Origin: Octopus vulgaris
Taxonomy: Eukaryota
Length of the DNA stretch: 64,000 nt
NCBI GenBank assembly: GCA_951406725.2
Contig: OX597829.1
Location: 52,638,001-52,702,000, forward strand
Reading direction: 5' to 3'
Numbering within the stretch: the first letter of the stretch is position 1; each line of letters opens with the position of its first letter. Position numbers and translations under genes: made by a program. Under the pieces are notes generated by a model. The model searched no databases. It was not told where the DNA came from and saw only the letters and a list, made by a program, of their open reading frames with translations. Positions 13,454 through 26,687 of this stretch are shown here, piece by piece.

Positions 13454-13785
13454 TGTTGAGCTTCTTGGAGTTAAGTGGCTGAGTTCCTTTAGAGCGTTGG
13501 GCCTCACAGGGGTAATGATGAAGATCTTTGATATTATATCGTGTTTGAGAAGATCCATCAAATCGGGCAAAATCTCAGTCATGGTGTCACACAAATGGCA
13601 CCTGTGCCGGTGGCATGTAAAAGCACCCATTATACTCTCGGAGTGGTTGGCATTAGGAAGGGCATCAAGCCATAGCAAACCATGCCAAATCAGACTGGAC
13701 TCTGGTGCAGCCTTCCACTATGCCAGTCCTGTCCAACCCATGCCAGCATGGATAACGGACGTTAAATGATGATGATATATATGTT

Positions 13786-14342
13786 CTCTTTTTTATTCTT
13801 GCTTACACATTCTGGGGCACCACCTTTAGTCGAACAAATCGACCCCAGGACTTATTCTTTGTAAGCCTAGTACTTATTCCATCTGTCTCTTTTGTTGAAC
13901 CACTAGGTTTTGGGAACATAAGCACACCAACATCAGTTGTCAAATGATGGTGGTGGGGGAGACAAACACAGACACACACACATAAATGTATATACATATA
14001 TATATACATGAGGGGCTTCTTTCAGTTTCCGTCTACCAAATATACCCACAAGGCTTTGATCGTCTCAAGGCTATAGTAGAAGGCACTTGCTCAAGCTGCC
14101 ACGCAGTGGGACTGAACCCAGAACTATGTGGTTGAGAAGCAAGCATCATTCCACACCTGCACCTAGCATTGCTTGACAACCGATGCTGGTGTGTTTATGT
14201 CCCCATCACTTAGCGGTTCGGCAAAAGAGACCGATAGAATAAGTACTGGACTTACAAAGAATAAGTCCCGGGGTCGAGTTGCTTGACTAAAGGCGGTGCT
14301 CCAGCATGGCCGCAGTCAAATGACTGAAACAAGTAAAAGAGA
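13786..14342. mobile_element. Two abutting family A SINEs in opposite orientation
   Basis: A minus copy at 13786-14161 is followed directly by a plus-strand 3' half at 14162-14342. Confidence 0.8.
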
Positions 14343-14762
14343 TTTTAAAAAAAAAAAAACATCTGGCCAAATTTGGACATACGACAGTTTAACATAATAG
14401 CAATGATATATATTATTTAAAGGCAGTGAGTTGGTGGAATAGTTAGCTCACAGGTTAAAATACCTAACAGCATTTTGTGTGACTTTACATCTTGTGTTTA
14501 AATTCCATTGATTGACTCTGCCTCCCATTCTTTTGGGGTCAATAAATTAAGAGAACTGGGGTCAGTGTAATGTATTAACCTCCGCCCCCATAATATAGTG
14601 TAAGGGTTTATACATGTTATAATCAACTGTATGGTTGTAATGTCTCCTGGTTGCAGTATGTTGAATATACTGATGTTCTTGGAATCTTCCTGTCTAATTT
14701 CATGATGCTTTCATCAGCCTATGTATATGAAACATTGAGGTGTTTTTGAAGGATCTTGATTT

Positions 14763-15058
14763 GTAAGCCTAGTACTTATTCTATCGGTCTCTTTTGCCGA
14801 ACCGCTAAGTGACAGGGACGTAAACACACCAGCATCGGTTGTCAAGCAATGCTAGGGGGACAAACACAGAGAGGACAAACAATCACAGACAAACAGATTA
14901 AGTCGATTATATCGACCCCAGTACGTAACTGGTACTTATTTAATCGACCCTGAGGCTATAGCAGAAGACACTTGCCCAAGATGCCACGCAGTGGGACTGA
15001 ACCCGGAACCATGTGGTTGGTAAGCAAGCTACTTACCACACAGCCACTCCTGCGCCTA
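14763..15058 (-). mobile_element. Chimeric family A/B/A SINE insertion with a long flanking duplication
   Basis: A body 14763-14870, B core 14871-14950, A head 14951-15056; 43-bp direct repeats at 14720-14762 and 15059-15101. Confidence 0.75.
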
Positions 15059-16076
15059 TATGTATATGAAACATTGAGGTGTTTTTGGAGGATTTTGATT
15101 TTCAAGTGCATTTATATTTTGGTATGATGGAGAAGTCTGTTACAACCAATACAAAGATTGTATATATCGAGGTACTTTATGATGAGTTGTTGACTTTTTT
15201 TTATTATTATTTTAAATAGATACCATTGACTTTTCAGCAAATATCTCATTTATTATATTCGCTGTGTGGCAATGATGCAAATATAATTCTACAGTTTTAG
15301 TTTGATTTTGTCAAAAGCCTATTTTAATCCAAGACTAACTGGTGCCAATACTAAATTGTACCATAATTTTCTGCCACCAATCACTGGTGTGTCTACGTTA
15401 ATAGCAGCAGCGATAGCAATAGCTTCCATGACAACAGCAAGAAGTAACAGCAGCTCTATACTAGCAACAGTCTTGGTCAGCAGTTTTCTCAACCAATCAG
15501 CTAGTGTACCTACTCATAATCTTAGTGGCCTGTGTCATAATTTTTCAACCCAGTTAACTTTTAACAGTAACTGGTGCCAATACAAGCCGATGTCATCAAT
15601 GTTTCTAACACACCAGTAACTTAAAACCAAAGCTATATTAAATGTTGCTAGTCATGGTTTGTTTTACTGTCCTGGTCACTGGTAGTTGTCCAGCATGCAG
15701 ACCAGTGTACAGTTATAGTGTTACTAGTTGTGGCAGCTGAGAACAGCAGGGATCATTTGGCACAGACCAGATTGGCAGTTTTATTAGTTGTTCCACATCA
15801 GACGTAGCTGTTAACTTCCATGTTGCATCTTATTGGTTGTCCAGATGTTGACATTGCAGAATGGAGGTGACCAGCTTTATTGTAATTCGTCTTCCTGGAT
15901 ATCGGGTGAAGATGAGCAAAAATTGTCCAGTGAATTTATTTCTAGTTCTAGTTTTTGACATTATGGAGAAGATCATGATACTGCCCCCCCCTTCAACCAA
16001 ACAGATGGTGGTGTCAAACCAGAAGGCACAATGTATCTGCTACCACAAGGATGTTACATTCTATTCCCTGCTTTTC

Positions 16077-16088
16077 CTACTACTACCT

Positions 16089-16166
<78 letters not shown>

Positions 16167-16240
16167 TTACTACTACTACTACTACTACCACCACTACCAC
16201 TACCACCACCACCACCACCACTCCTCCTCCTCCTCCTCCA
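16077..16240. repeat. Compound (CTA)n/(CCA)n/(CCT)n microsatellite
   Basis: Directly visible; it produces the poly-L/T/Y ORFs. Confidence 0.95.
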
Positions 16241-17099
16241 ACAATGGTTTTTGCTCCTTGGCGCTGACTGGGTTCGTGCCATCTATGAGCAACTCACCTC
16301 CTCTCTCTTCTTCATCATCATTGCTTTACCAATCAATGTATTCTGTCCTTCCTTCCCAAAAGTTTGGTCTTCTTGTATTCCTTTTCTGTTCATATGTTTC
16401 CTTTATGCGTTCACTTGAAACCGTTCAAGAGGAACATTAATGGCATCGATCTCACCATTCAAGGAGATTTGGGTGAAATCCACGAGGATTTCCCCTTTCT
16501 CCAGCAACTAGGAGAAAAAATAAAACTGCTTTAGCTGTGGAGAGTGTTATGAACTAACACCAAGGGCGAATGTGAGCATGCCACTATTACAGAGCTGTTC
16601 ATAGTTTGTAATTAGAGTTTTAATGATATATAACTCTATAACGACTCTCTTAAGAACTAAGCAAAAGCCGGTGGTAGCCATAAATCTAAAATCATATTGG
16701 ATATGTACTTCAGAACTTTCTACAGTCTCTTGTACAAAAGCACAGATTTACTTGCAGGTTGCACACGCATTTTATGCAGCTGATGCAATTCAAATACATA
16801 CATGCACATGTGCACACACACACATATGCACAGATTACCAGCAGGTTGTTGAAGGCTGTGTTCATGTCTATATCTGTAACATTCATACATTCTGAGTTTT
16901 CTGTTGCATTCACCCTTTTTTGGTAAAGTGTAACATACACTTCTTTTGAATATATTTATAACACACATCTTTGATGTCAAAACTAAAGCCTCGTGTGATA
17001 TGTGTAGTTTATTGCGGTCACTCATAACCCGTCACAAGCTAAACTCATTTATTGTCCAGTGCAGAATGTGGTCAAAACTATTTTAACTGTTATCGCACA

Positions 17100-17530
17100 C
17101 TTTTGTTATTTTGATCAGAATTTACAACTCTATAATTTGAACAATGCATCTTCCTTCTCTTGAATGTTACTCAACCATTCTTCTAGTTGTCTGACTATGC
17201 CAAGATCTGCAGTTTGTGACATTTATTCCATGATCACCAACTTTGTTGAAAGCCTTCACTTCACCATGTCAAGTATACCACATCCCACATTTTGACTGAT
17301 TCAACAACTGTTTCACTTTCCAGTCAAAATGCTGGAGAAGCTGTGTCAGATATGCTTCCACTTGAATGGAAACTATGCTGAATATCACATGGCATTTCGT
17401 TTCCTTTTCAGAATGTAATCAGTTTCTTTCTGGTGATTCATTCCATGACCTTGTTGATACGTGGTGAAATCAGAAAGATATCTCTGTGATTTTTAGCACC
17501 AGCTCTGCTTCCTCCCTTATGGATAAAACA
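17100..17530 (-). pseudogene. Degenerate CR1/Jockey-type RT fragment
   Basis: Minus-strand remnants QHSF, VYLD and KAFNKV...H. Confidence 0.4.
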
Positions 17531-18116
17531 TGTCTTTTTCTTTTCTTGTGTGTGTGTGTGTATGTGTGTGTGTTGGGGTGGAGGTGAAATTTATGACTAA
17601 TAAATGAGGTTTCAAAAATTAGAGCTAAGCTAAAATTTGCTTACATGTTCTTAAGGAAAATTGTTGACAAATTATTGGATTACTGACATCAGGGTTAGTT
17701 CGTTCTATAAGATATTACAAAATCTTGCATGATGGTTGTCAATTCCCCAGACAAAATTGCATTATTTGAAGAAGTCATCTGGCTAATCTTACATGAATGT
17801 GTACAAGTGGGATAGCGAAAACACTGTCAAATTATTCATTCAGTATTTCACCAATTTGTGAAGGTCTGCACTTACCGAGTTATTTCCTTTTTAAACAAAA
17901 GTTCTATTGTGTTTACTGAAGCTGTACACTTTTATATAAATAAGTAGAAAACTCTAAAGTTGTTTTTATTTTATTTCATTTTGTTTTATTTTATCATATT
18001 TTTATGTGTCCTGCAGCTCCGGTTTCCTTTTTGCCCTCATTTACATGGAAGCATTTTATTTTGTTCTCAATTTTGATAATATTTTATATAATCCGCAAGA
18101 ACAGACACATACTCAT

Positions 18117-19380
<1,264 letters not shown>

Positions 19381-19919
19381 TAATGATGATGGCTTGTTTG
19401 GATGGAACGTATTATCTCCAATAGGTTTTATTCTGTGCTTTTATTTCCACGTGGTCCACACCAGCTGTATCATCTTTAGTCGTTTTCCTGTTGATCTCTG
19501 TTAAGTGATTCTTTGTGGAATCCTGCCTTCACTTTCTCTTCTATGTTCCAGTGTAAGACTTGCCTTACCAAAAAACCCTTCAGGGCTTCTTAACACAGCT
19601 TACCCATCTCCGTTATGCCCCACTCTTTATTGATCAGTAGGTTCCTGGGTGGTTTTGGCCCAGAGGACTTTGGTACTCACAATTTGTGAATTTCTAATGT
19701 TTAATGCTACCCGAACCTGTTCAAGACTGGATGTTTTCCGAGGATATTCCCATTCATTGCCCATGACATGATACTATACTACAAGATCAATTTGACAGAA
19801 ATTATAAACTTAATGCAGTTGGACAGAAAACTTTGCCATTAAAATATACTTCAAAATGTTGAACTCACTTTTTCAAGTCTTGTTTCAACATTTGCCTCTG
19901 TATGTCTAGCTTATAAGTA

Positions 19920-20709
19920 CAGGTCGTTGTTGACCTATGACCACAATTGATTCCAACTGACTGGTCATAAGTCAGTTTGGTCATAAGTCAGTTTGGTCAT
20001 AAGCCAGTTTGGTCATAAGCCAGTTTGGTCATAAGCCAGTTTGGTCATAAGCCAGTTTGGTCATAAGCCAGTTTGGTCATAAGCCAGTTTGGTCATAAGC
20101 CAGTTTGGTCATAAGCCAGTTTGGTCATTAGTCAGTTTGGTCATAAGTCAGTTTGGTCATAAGTCAGTTTGGTCGTAAGTCAGTTTGGTCGTAAGTCAGT
20201 TTGGTCGTAAGTCAGTTTGGTCGTAAGTCAGTTTGGTCGTAAGTCAGTTTGGTCGTTAGTCAGTTTGGTCATTAGTCAGTTTGGTCATTAGTCAGTTTGG
20301 TCATAAGTCAGCCTATAGACCTACATAGTTTTGTTTTATATTTTTACATTCTTAAGGTACATTCTCAGGTAAAAGTCACACACAGCATTCTGTATTATAC
20401 CACAGCAGTGTTATTTGTTCACAGTCTCAAACAGTTGTCTTATAAACAAGTACAAGGTTGCCTCAATGTCTCCATGACAGGATATTCATTCAACACTTGT
20501 GATAACCACAATGGCGATTGAAAACCAAACCTAGAGTAAGTGGTTGTTACCTTAGTGTAAGTGACGTCAATCATAGAAGGGTTAATTTCTAAGAAATTAA
20601 ACTCATTACATTTCAACTGGACTATATATTATCGCTGTCAGGAGCTGGTGCGCCAATTGTCATAAAATCAATCAGTTGTAAGTCAGATAGGTCATAAGTT
20701 GATGACCTG
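19920..20709. mobile_element. Tigger/pogo-like non-autonomous DNA transposon
   Basis: TA|CAGGTCGTTGTTGACCTATGACC...GGTCATAAGTTGATGACCTG|TA: imperfect TIRs with a TA duplication, inserted in an RTE LINE remnant. Confidence 0.7.
19963..20311. repeat. 16-bp minisatellite, about 22 units
   Basis: Unit GGTCATAAGTCAGTTT, with blocks of variants GGTCATAAGCCAGTTT, GGTCGTAAGTCAGTTT and GGTCATTAGTCAGTTT. Confidence 0.95.
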
Positions 20710-20917
20710 TATAGGAAACAATTCACTTCATTCAATGGGTGGTTTTTGACCATGACAGAGCCAAGGTCATTGCCTTGAACTCCCACAGTCTCTACTTTTC
20801 CAGCATTAATCCTCAGTCTGGTTTTTACTCTTATCTCTGTTGGTCTGTCTATCTTTCTCTGCTTTTGAGTTGAACATTTTGGAATTTCAAGAAAATGTTG
20901 TCAAATGTTGTCAATGT

Positions 20918-21080
20918 GACACAGGAGTGGCTGTGTGGTAAGTAGCTTGCTTACCAACCACATGGTGCTGGGGTCAGTCCCACTGCGTGGCATCTTGGGC
21001 AAGTGTCTTCTACTATAACCTCGGGCCGACCAATGCCTAGTGAGTGAATTTGGTAGACGGAAACTGAAAGAAGCCCGTCG

Positions 21081-21125
<45 letters not shown>

Positions 21126-21333
21126 TTGTGTCTCCGTGTTTGTTCCCCCAACATCGCTTGATAACCGATGCTGGTGTGTTACCGTCCCCGTCACTTAGCA
21201 GTTCGGCAAGAGAAACCGATAGAGTAAGTACTAGGCTTACAAAGAATAAGTCCTGGGGTTGATTTTCTCGACTGAAGGCGGTGCTCCAGCATGGCCGCAG
21301 TCAAATGACTGAAACAAGTAGAAGAGTAAAAGA
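20918..21333 (+). mobile_element. Family A tRNA-derived SINE, near full length
   Basis: A-box-like TGGCTGTGTGGTAAG, B-box-like GGGTCAGTCCC, central (TA)n(TG)n, tail CCAGCATGGCCGCAGTCAAATGACTGAAACAAGTA...GAGTAAAAG. Confidence 0.9.
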
Positions 21334-21686
21334 ATCTAGATCCCTTGCAGCCTGCTTGCGTTTGCCATATACCCGCTTTGTTGTAGGGTACCTCACCCTG
21401 TCAGGGACCATCCTGTACAACACTGATAACAAACATGCTTCCATTCTGCTCTTCATTTTCTTTTTTTTTTCGCTTTGGAAGGTTTTGATAATCTATTATT
21501 TATCACTTGAAATTGGTCAGCTTTGTACAACTGATGAACAATAGTATTATGGGTGTATTAAGGATTCTGTAGATGCTTATTAAACCTTTTATTACTTTCC
21601 TTTCAATGAAATTCAGGATCAGGTCAATGCAGGGACTACTTCTTCCTGCATCCTGTGTATATAGTTGTTCTGTCTGTCTGTCTCTG

Positions 21687-21723
<37 letters not shown>

Positions 21724-21999
21724 GAGACACACTCTGTAAACACTTCAAATATCTATCTTTTACTTGTTTCAGTCATTGGACTGTGGCCATGCTGGAGCAC
21801 TGCATCAAAGGTTTTTTTTTTTTAGTTTAATAAATCAACCAGAGTACTATTTTTTTTTTTCCATTAAAACTTGATACTTATTCTATCAGTCTCTTTTTCC
21901 AAAACACTAAGTTACAAGGATATAAACACACCAGCTCCAGTTGTCAAGTGCTGATGGGGTGATAAGCACAGCCACACATACACACACACCACACATACA

Positions 22000-22080
<81 letters not shown>

Positions 22081-22132
22081 ACACACACACAATACATACA
22101 CACACAACACACACACACAAACAACACATGCA

Positions 22133-22177
<45 letters not shown>

Positions 22178-22419
22178 CATGCTTTAAAATATACGCACTT
22201 GCAGCCACTTTATCTCTTATCACTGATGAGGCTTTGGTTGATCTGAATTTATGGGACAAGACCCTTGACCCTGGGCCCATACAGTAAGACTGAACTCAGA
22301 GACAGGTGGGTTCAAAGTAATCTTCTTAATTGTTCAGCCATGCCTGGTATATTTACCTATGTGCGTGTACGCACACATATGACACTTTTGTGCATATGTA
22401 TACACGTATGTGTGTAAAT

Positions 22420-22467
<48 letters not shown>

Positions 22468-22957
22468 GACAGGCTTCTTTCAGTTTCCGTCTACCAAATC
22501 CACTCACAAGGCATTGGTCGGCCCGGGGCTATAGCAGAAGACACTTGCCCAAGGTGCCACGCAGTGAGACTGAACCCGGAACCATGTGGTTGGTAAGCAA
22601 GCTTGTATACCTGTATGTGTTAAACAAGAGGATAGAGGGAGGATGTACACATAAGGTAGGCCAATGTGATTCAACTTATTCGAAGCTGAAACTTACACAA
22701 TGTTTTTACTCTGAGCCTGTCAGTGACTATCTCCGGACTGATATTGATCTGAAGATCAATAGACATAAAAATTAAGGAATAATAATTTGTCAAGTCTTAT
22801 ATGAGGTCGACTTTGCCTTTCATCTTTTCGGGCTCGATAAGTAAAGTACCAGTTTCACACTGGGGTCAGTGTAATCGACTTAATCCGTTTGTCTGTCCTT
22901 GTTTGTCCTCTCTGTGTTTAGCCCCTTGTGGGTAGTAAAGAAATATATATATATATA

Positions 22958-23172
22958 CTCTTTACTCTTTTACTTGTTTCAGTCATTTGACTGCGGCCAT
23001 GCTGGAGCACCGCCTTTAATCGAGCAACTCGACCCCGGGACTTATTCTTTTGTAAGCCCAGTACTTATTCTATCGGTCTATTTTGCCGAACCGCTAAGTG
23101 ACGGGGACGTAAACACACCAGCATCGGTTGTCAAGCAATACTAGGGGGACAAACACAGACACACAAACACAT

Positions 23173-23203
<31 letters not shown>

Positions 23204-23361
23204 CATATATACGACAGGCTTCTTTCAGTTTCCGTCTACCAAATCCACTCACAAGCCTGGGGCTATAGTAGAAGACTCTTGCCCAAGGTGCTTGCTATGC
23301 GTTGGGATGAATCTGAACCTGAAACCATGTAGTTTAGAAACAAACTCTTTAGCACATAACC

Positions 23362-23365
<4 letters not shown>
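22958..23365 (-). mobile_element. Family A SINE
   Basis: High-identity reverse copy; a head fragment also lies at 22465-22603 (-). Confidence 0.85.
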
Positions 23366-23433
<68 letters not shown>

Positions 23434-23469
23434 GGTTTTTCTTCTTTCTTTCTGAGAGACACCCATACA

Positions 23470-23974
23470 GTTATTGGCGAAACACAAAAGTTAGCAGCCT
23501 ATTCATTAGTCAGGTCTGCTATTCTATTGTAGCTGCTAATAGTTTTGTTTGTAACCAACTAATCGTTGTGGGCGGAGCTTCAGCCTATTCCTTGAGAAGA
23601 ATAGTAGTTGTTTTTTTTTTTTACTCGCTCACTCTTTTGTACAATTCAACAGCTCTCACACAACAAGCAAGATTGTGTTGGGGTGTTAGCAACTAAACTG
23701 TAGTAGCACAAGTGTTGTTTTCTCTCTCTCTCTCTCTCTCTCTCTCTGCTCTAAACTGTAATTGTAAGAACTTATTGCTTTCTGGAGAGGCTTTTGCACT
23801 CATAATTATTTGCTGTTTTTTTTTTTTTTTTTCTACTTTTAATTTCAATGTTAATTCAACGACACATTTACTCTGTTGGAACTTTTGGAAGTGGTTTATA
23901 ATAATTCACCAAGAAGTTGTTGCTGTTTTATATTTTTTTTTTTGGTGTGTTTTAAAAAAATCATGAATGTAAGT
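23470..23974 (+). promoter_or_regulatory. Candidate internal promoter and alternative first exon
   Basis: Non-transposon sequence with ATTGG (~23474), GC box GGGCGGAGC (~23570) and (CT)n, then AAAATCATGAAT|GTAAGT (ATG at 23963, donor at 23969). Confidence 0.4.
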
Positions 23975-25226
23975 TGGAATATTATTTTACATATTATTTC
24001 ATTGGTGTTTTTTCTTCTAAATCTTGAAAAAAAAAAAAAAAGAAAGAAATGAATGTTGTCTTCGAAATGAATGTTTTTAAAAAGAAGAAAATAACATATT
24101 TAATTATTACTCAGTGTTTGTTTGTCTAATTGTGAAATGTTTGCTCTACTTAGTTGCTAAATGTAACACATGATTTTTGCTAAATTTAACACAGCAGAGT
24201 ATTGTGTGTGTGTGTGATGAATGTGTGTGTGTGTGTGTGTATGTCCGTGTATATGAATATATATGTGTATGTATAAATGTATATATATATATATGTGTAT
24301 GTATGTGTGTATAAATGTATATATAGATATGTATATGTGTATGTATGTGTGTATAAATGTAATATATATATATATATATAAAAATTCGGGGTGTGTACTT
24401 GATAATTATAAGCACCTGTGTATACCGTTTAGTGGTGTAGGTGATATATATATATATATATATATGTATATTTATTTATACACACACATGTATATATATA
24501 TACATCTATACACACACATACATGTATACATATATGTATATATACATGTGTGTGTATAAATGTATATATATGTATATATATGTATATATGTGTGTATATA
24601 AATGTATATATATATATATATGTGTGTACATGTGTGTGTGTGTGTATATATGTGTGTGTATGATATGAGTATAGATATATATAATGTGCGTATTTCAAAA
24701 ACTTCTATCAGCTGAAATTTCCCCTGCCATACACACATACACACACCTTATGTAGAAGACTCCGTGAGGTGTTTTCCTTTTGTGCTACTGTTTGTGTGTG
24801 TGCACACACACACACACACACACACATCTCAAATCTTGGTAATTAATAAGAATTTTAATTTAAGAATTTTATTTCTGATTTATAATACTTCTCTCGTCCT
24901 CTCTCTCTCTCTTTCTCTGACATTATCTTTGCTAACATTTGTTTACATAAGTGATTCTTATGAATGACTTCCTTCATACTATATCAAAATGAAAGTACGT
25001 ATTAAAAATGTTGCCATGATTATTTTTTTTCTTCTTCATTGATAGTCAATAAATGCCGTTTTATACGATACCATTTACTAATTTCCACTGGTTTGGATTT
25101 TGTCGATGTGTCAACTTTGCAGCCTGTCCCTCTTGTTGCTATTAAAATGTTAGAATATACCGGCTTATGTTGGGAAGGAAGCAATTACTTCCGCTCCCAA
25201 CAAATTTGTAGTCTTGTATGAATCAT

Positions 25227-25394
25227 CAGGACCAGCCCTAGAGTTGCTGGCGCCCCAGACCAGCTGAAGATCGGTATGTACAAGCTGAGACAATCCTGGA
25301 AATTTCCTTGTCTTTGTCACACCCTCCTTGGCACTCCCTAGCACAGGGTGCCCCAGGCAACTGCCCGAGTTGCCAGTACCTTGAGCCGACCCTG
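25227..25394. mobile_element. Short hAT-type MITE
   Basis: Termini CAGGGACCAGCCCTAG...CTTGAGCCGACCCTG; 8-bp TSD TGAATCAT / AGAATCAT. Confidence 0.7.
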
Positions 25395-26353
25395 AGAATC
25401 ATTATTTACCCTTCACAGGGCTTCTTTGTCCAATAGTTCAGAAATCTATTTTAAAACCTTTTATTTTTATAATTACTGATGGCTGTACACTGTCTATCAT
25501 TCATTTACTAAAACTAAAACTGCTATTAGCTGTTCTTGTGTGTGTGTGTTTCTGTTTCTGTTTCTGTTTCTCACTCCCCGATATTCAGAAGTAATTATTA
25601 AACAGTTATCATTCATTATTGCTCTCTGCATTCATCATTTATTTTTACTATCTACATTCACAAAAAAATTACATTTAGATCTGGCGGAAGTTCTTACTGA
25701 AACTGGTTATTTCCATGGCTATGCATTAATCATTATTTATTTACTTTTCATTTTGAAAGTCTGATAAAGTTTCTTACCTTTCATGTAATTTATGTTAGAG
25801 TTGTTAATGTACATGAATTCCACATGGACAGAATTCAACAATCCAATCTCTGTGTAATTTAATAATGTCACAGTGGAATGCTTCAGTTTAGAAACAAGTG
25901 TCAATTGTTAAACTAAAGTAGGAGAAAAATGTAAAACAATGCTTTCTAGTGATATCACTTTAGAGTTCATAATTATAACCAGGAGGTAATGGATGCTATT
26001 ATCTCTTCCTATATGTACTCTAATATTGATATATTATCTTTGATATATTCGAAAATGTTTGATTGTATTTTGATAAATTTTACAAAGTAGCTAAAAAGCC
26101 CAGTTAGAATTTTGTGTTTTGTTTCCTCCTGTTGATGTTTATATGAATAATTAATTATTTAACCCAAATTAACAGAACTGTAAAATTTGCTATGTGGGAG
26201 TTCTCTTATGTTCTAAGTTCAAATCTCGCTTGTGGGAACTTTGTCGTCCTTCTGTTCATGATTAAGTGACCTGCCAATCAAGTACTAAGGTCGAGTTAAT
26301 CAACCATACCCTTCCTCCTTCAAAGATTAAAATATTGTGTTAATGTTTTACAC

Positions 26354-26687
26354 CAGGAGTTCTCAGCCATTTTTTTTTATCTATGGACCCCTTTGATTAC
26401 TATTCTATTCTGGTGGAACCGCCCCTCCCCCCCAATTGCCATTTCAGTGTTTAAAAACTAGTTTTATAGATACTTCTTTCGGAATTCTTACCTTGTTTTT
26501 TCACACATTGACTTGTTTAAGTTGAACCACCATGTAAAATGTTAGAGAAAGAAACCTGGCTGTTTCTTGTAATAATACATATATCTAAAGCAAAATATTT
26601 TCAGGAGCCCTTAAAATACTGTTGTGGATCCCCAAAAATCTTATATGGACCCTCAGAGGCCGTGTGGACCCCAGTTGAGAACCAGTG
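26354..26687. mobile_element. hAT-type MITE
   Basis: Termini CAGGAGTTCTCAGCC...GTTGAGAACCAGTG; degenerate 8-bp TSD TTTTACAC / TTTTAAAT. Confidence 0.6.

Larger units (their letters stand above)
19385..21470 (-). pseudogene. Degenerate RTE-clade LINE RT/C-terminal fragment interrupted by a MITE and a SINE
   Basis: Minus-strand remnants resembling RQGC (~21350), LRINAGKVETV...EV.CF.Y (~20710-20820) and RW...RQVLHWN...KAQNKTYWR (~19410-19610), with many stops and frameshifts. Confidence 0.55.

Noticed and set aside
15861-16440. 185-aa and overlapping ORFs
   Set aside because: These are homopolymeric translations of a CTA/CCA microsatellite.
19963-20311. CRISPR-like appearance of the 16-bp array
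   Set aside because: The units are contiguous with no unique spacers, there are no cas genes, and the context is eukaryotic.
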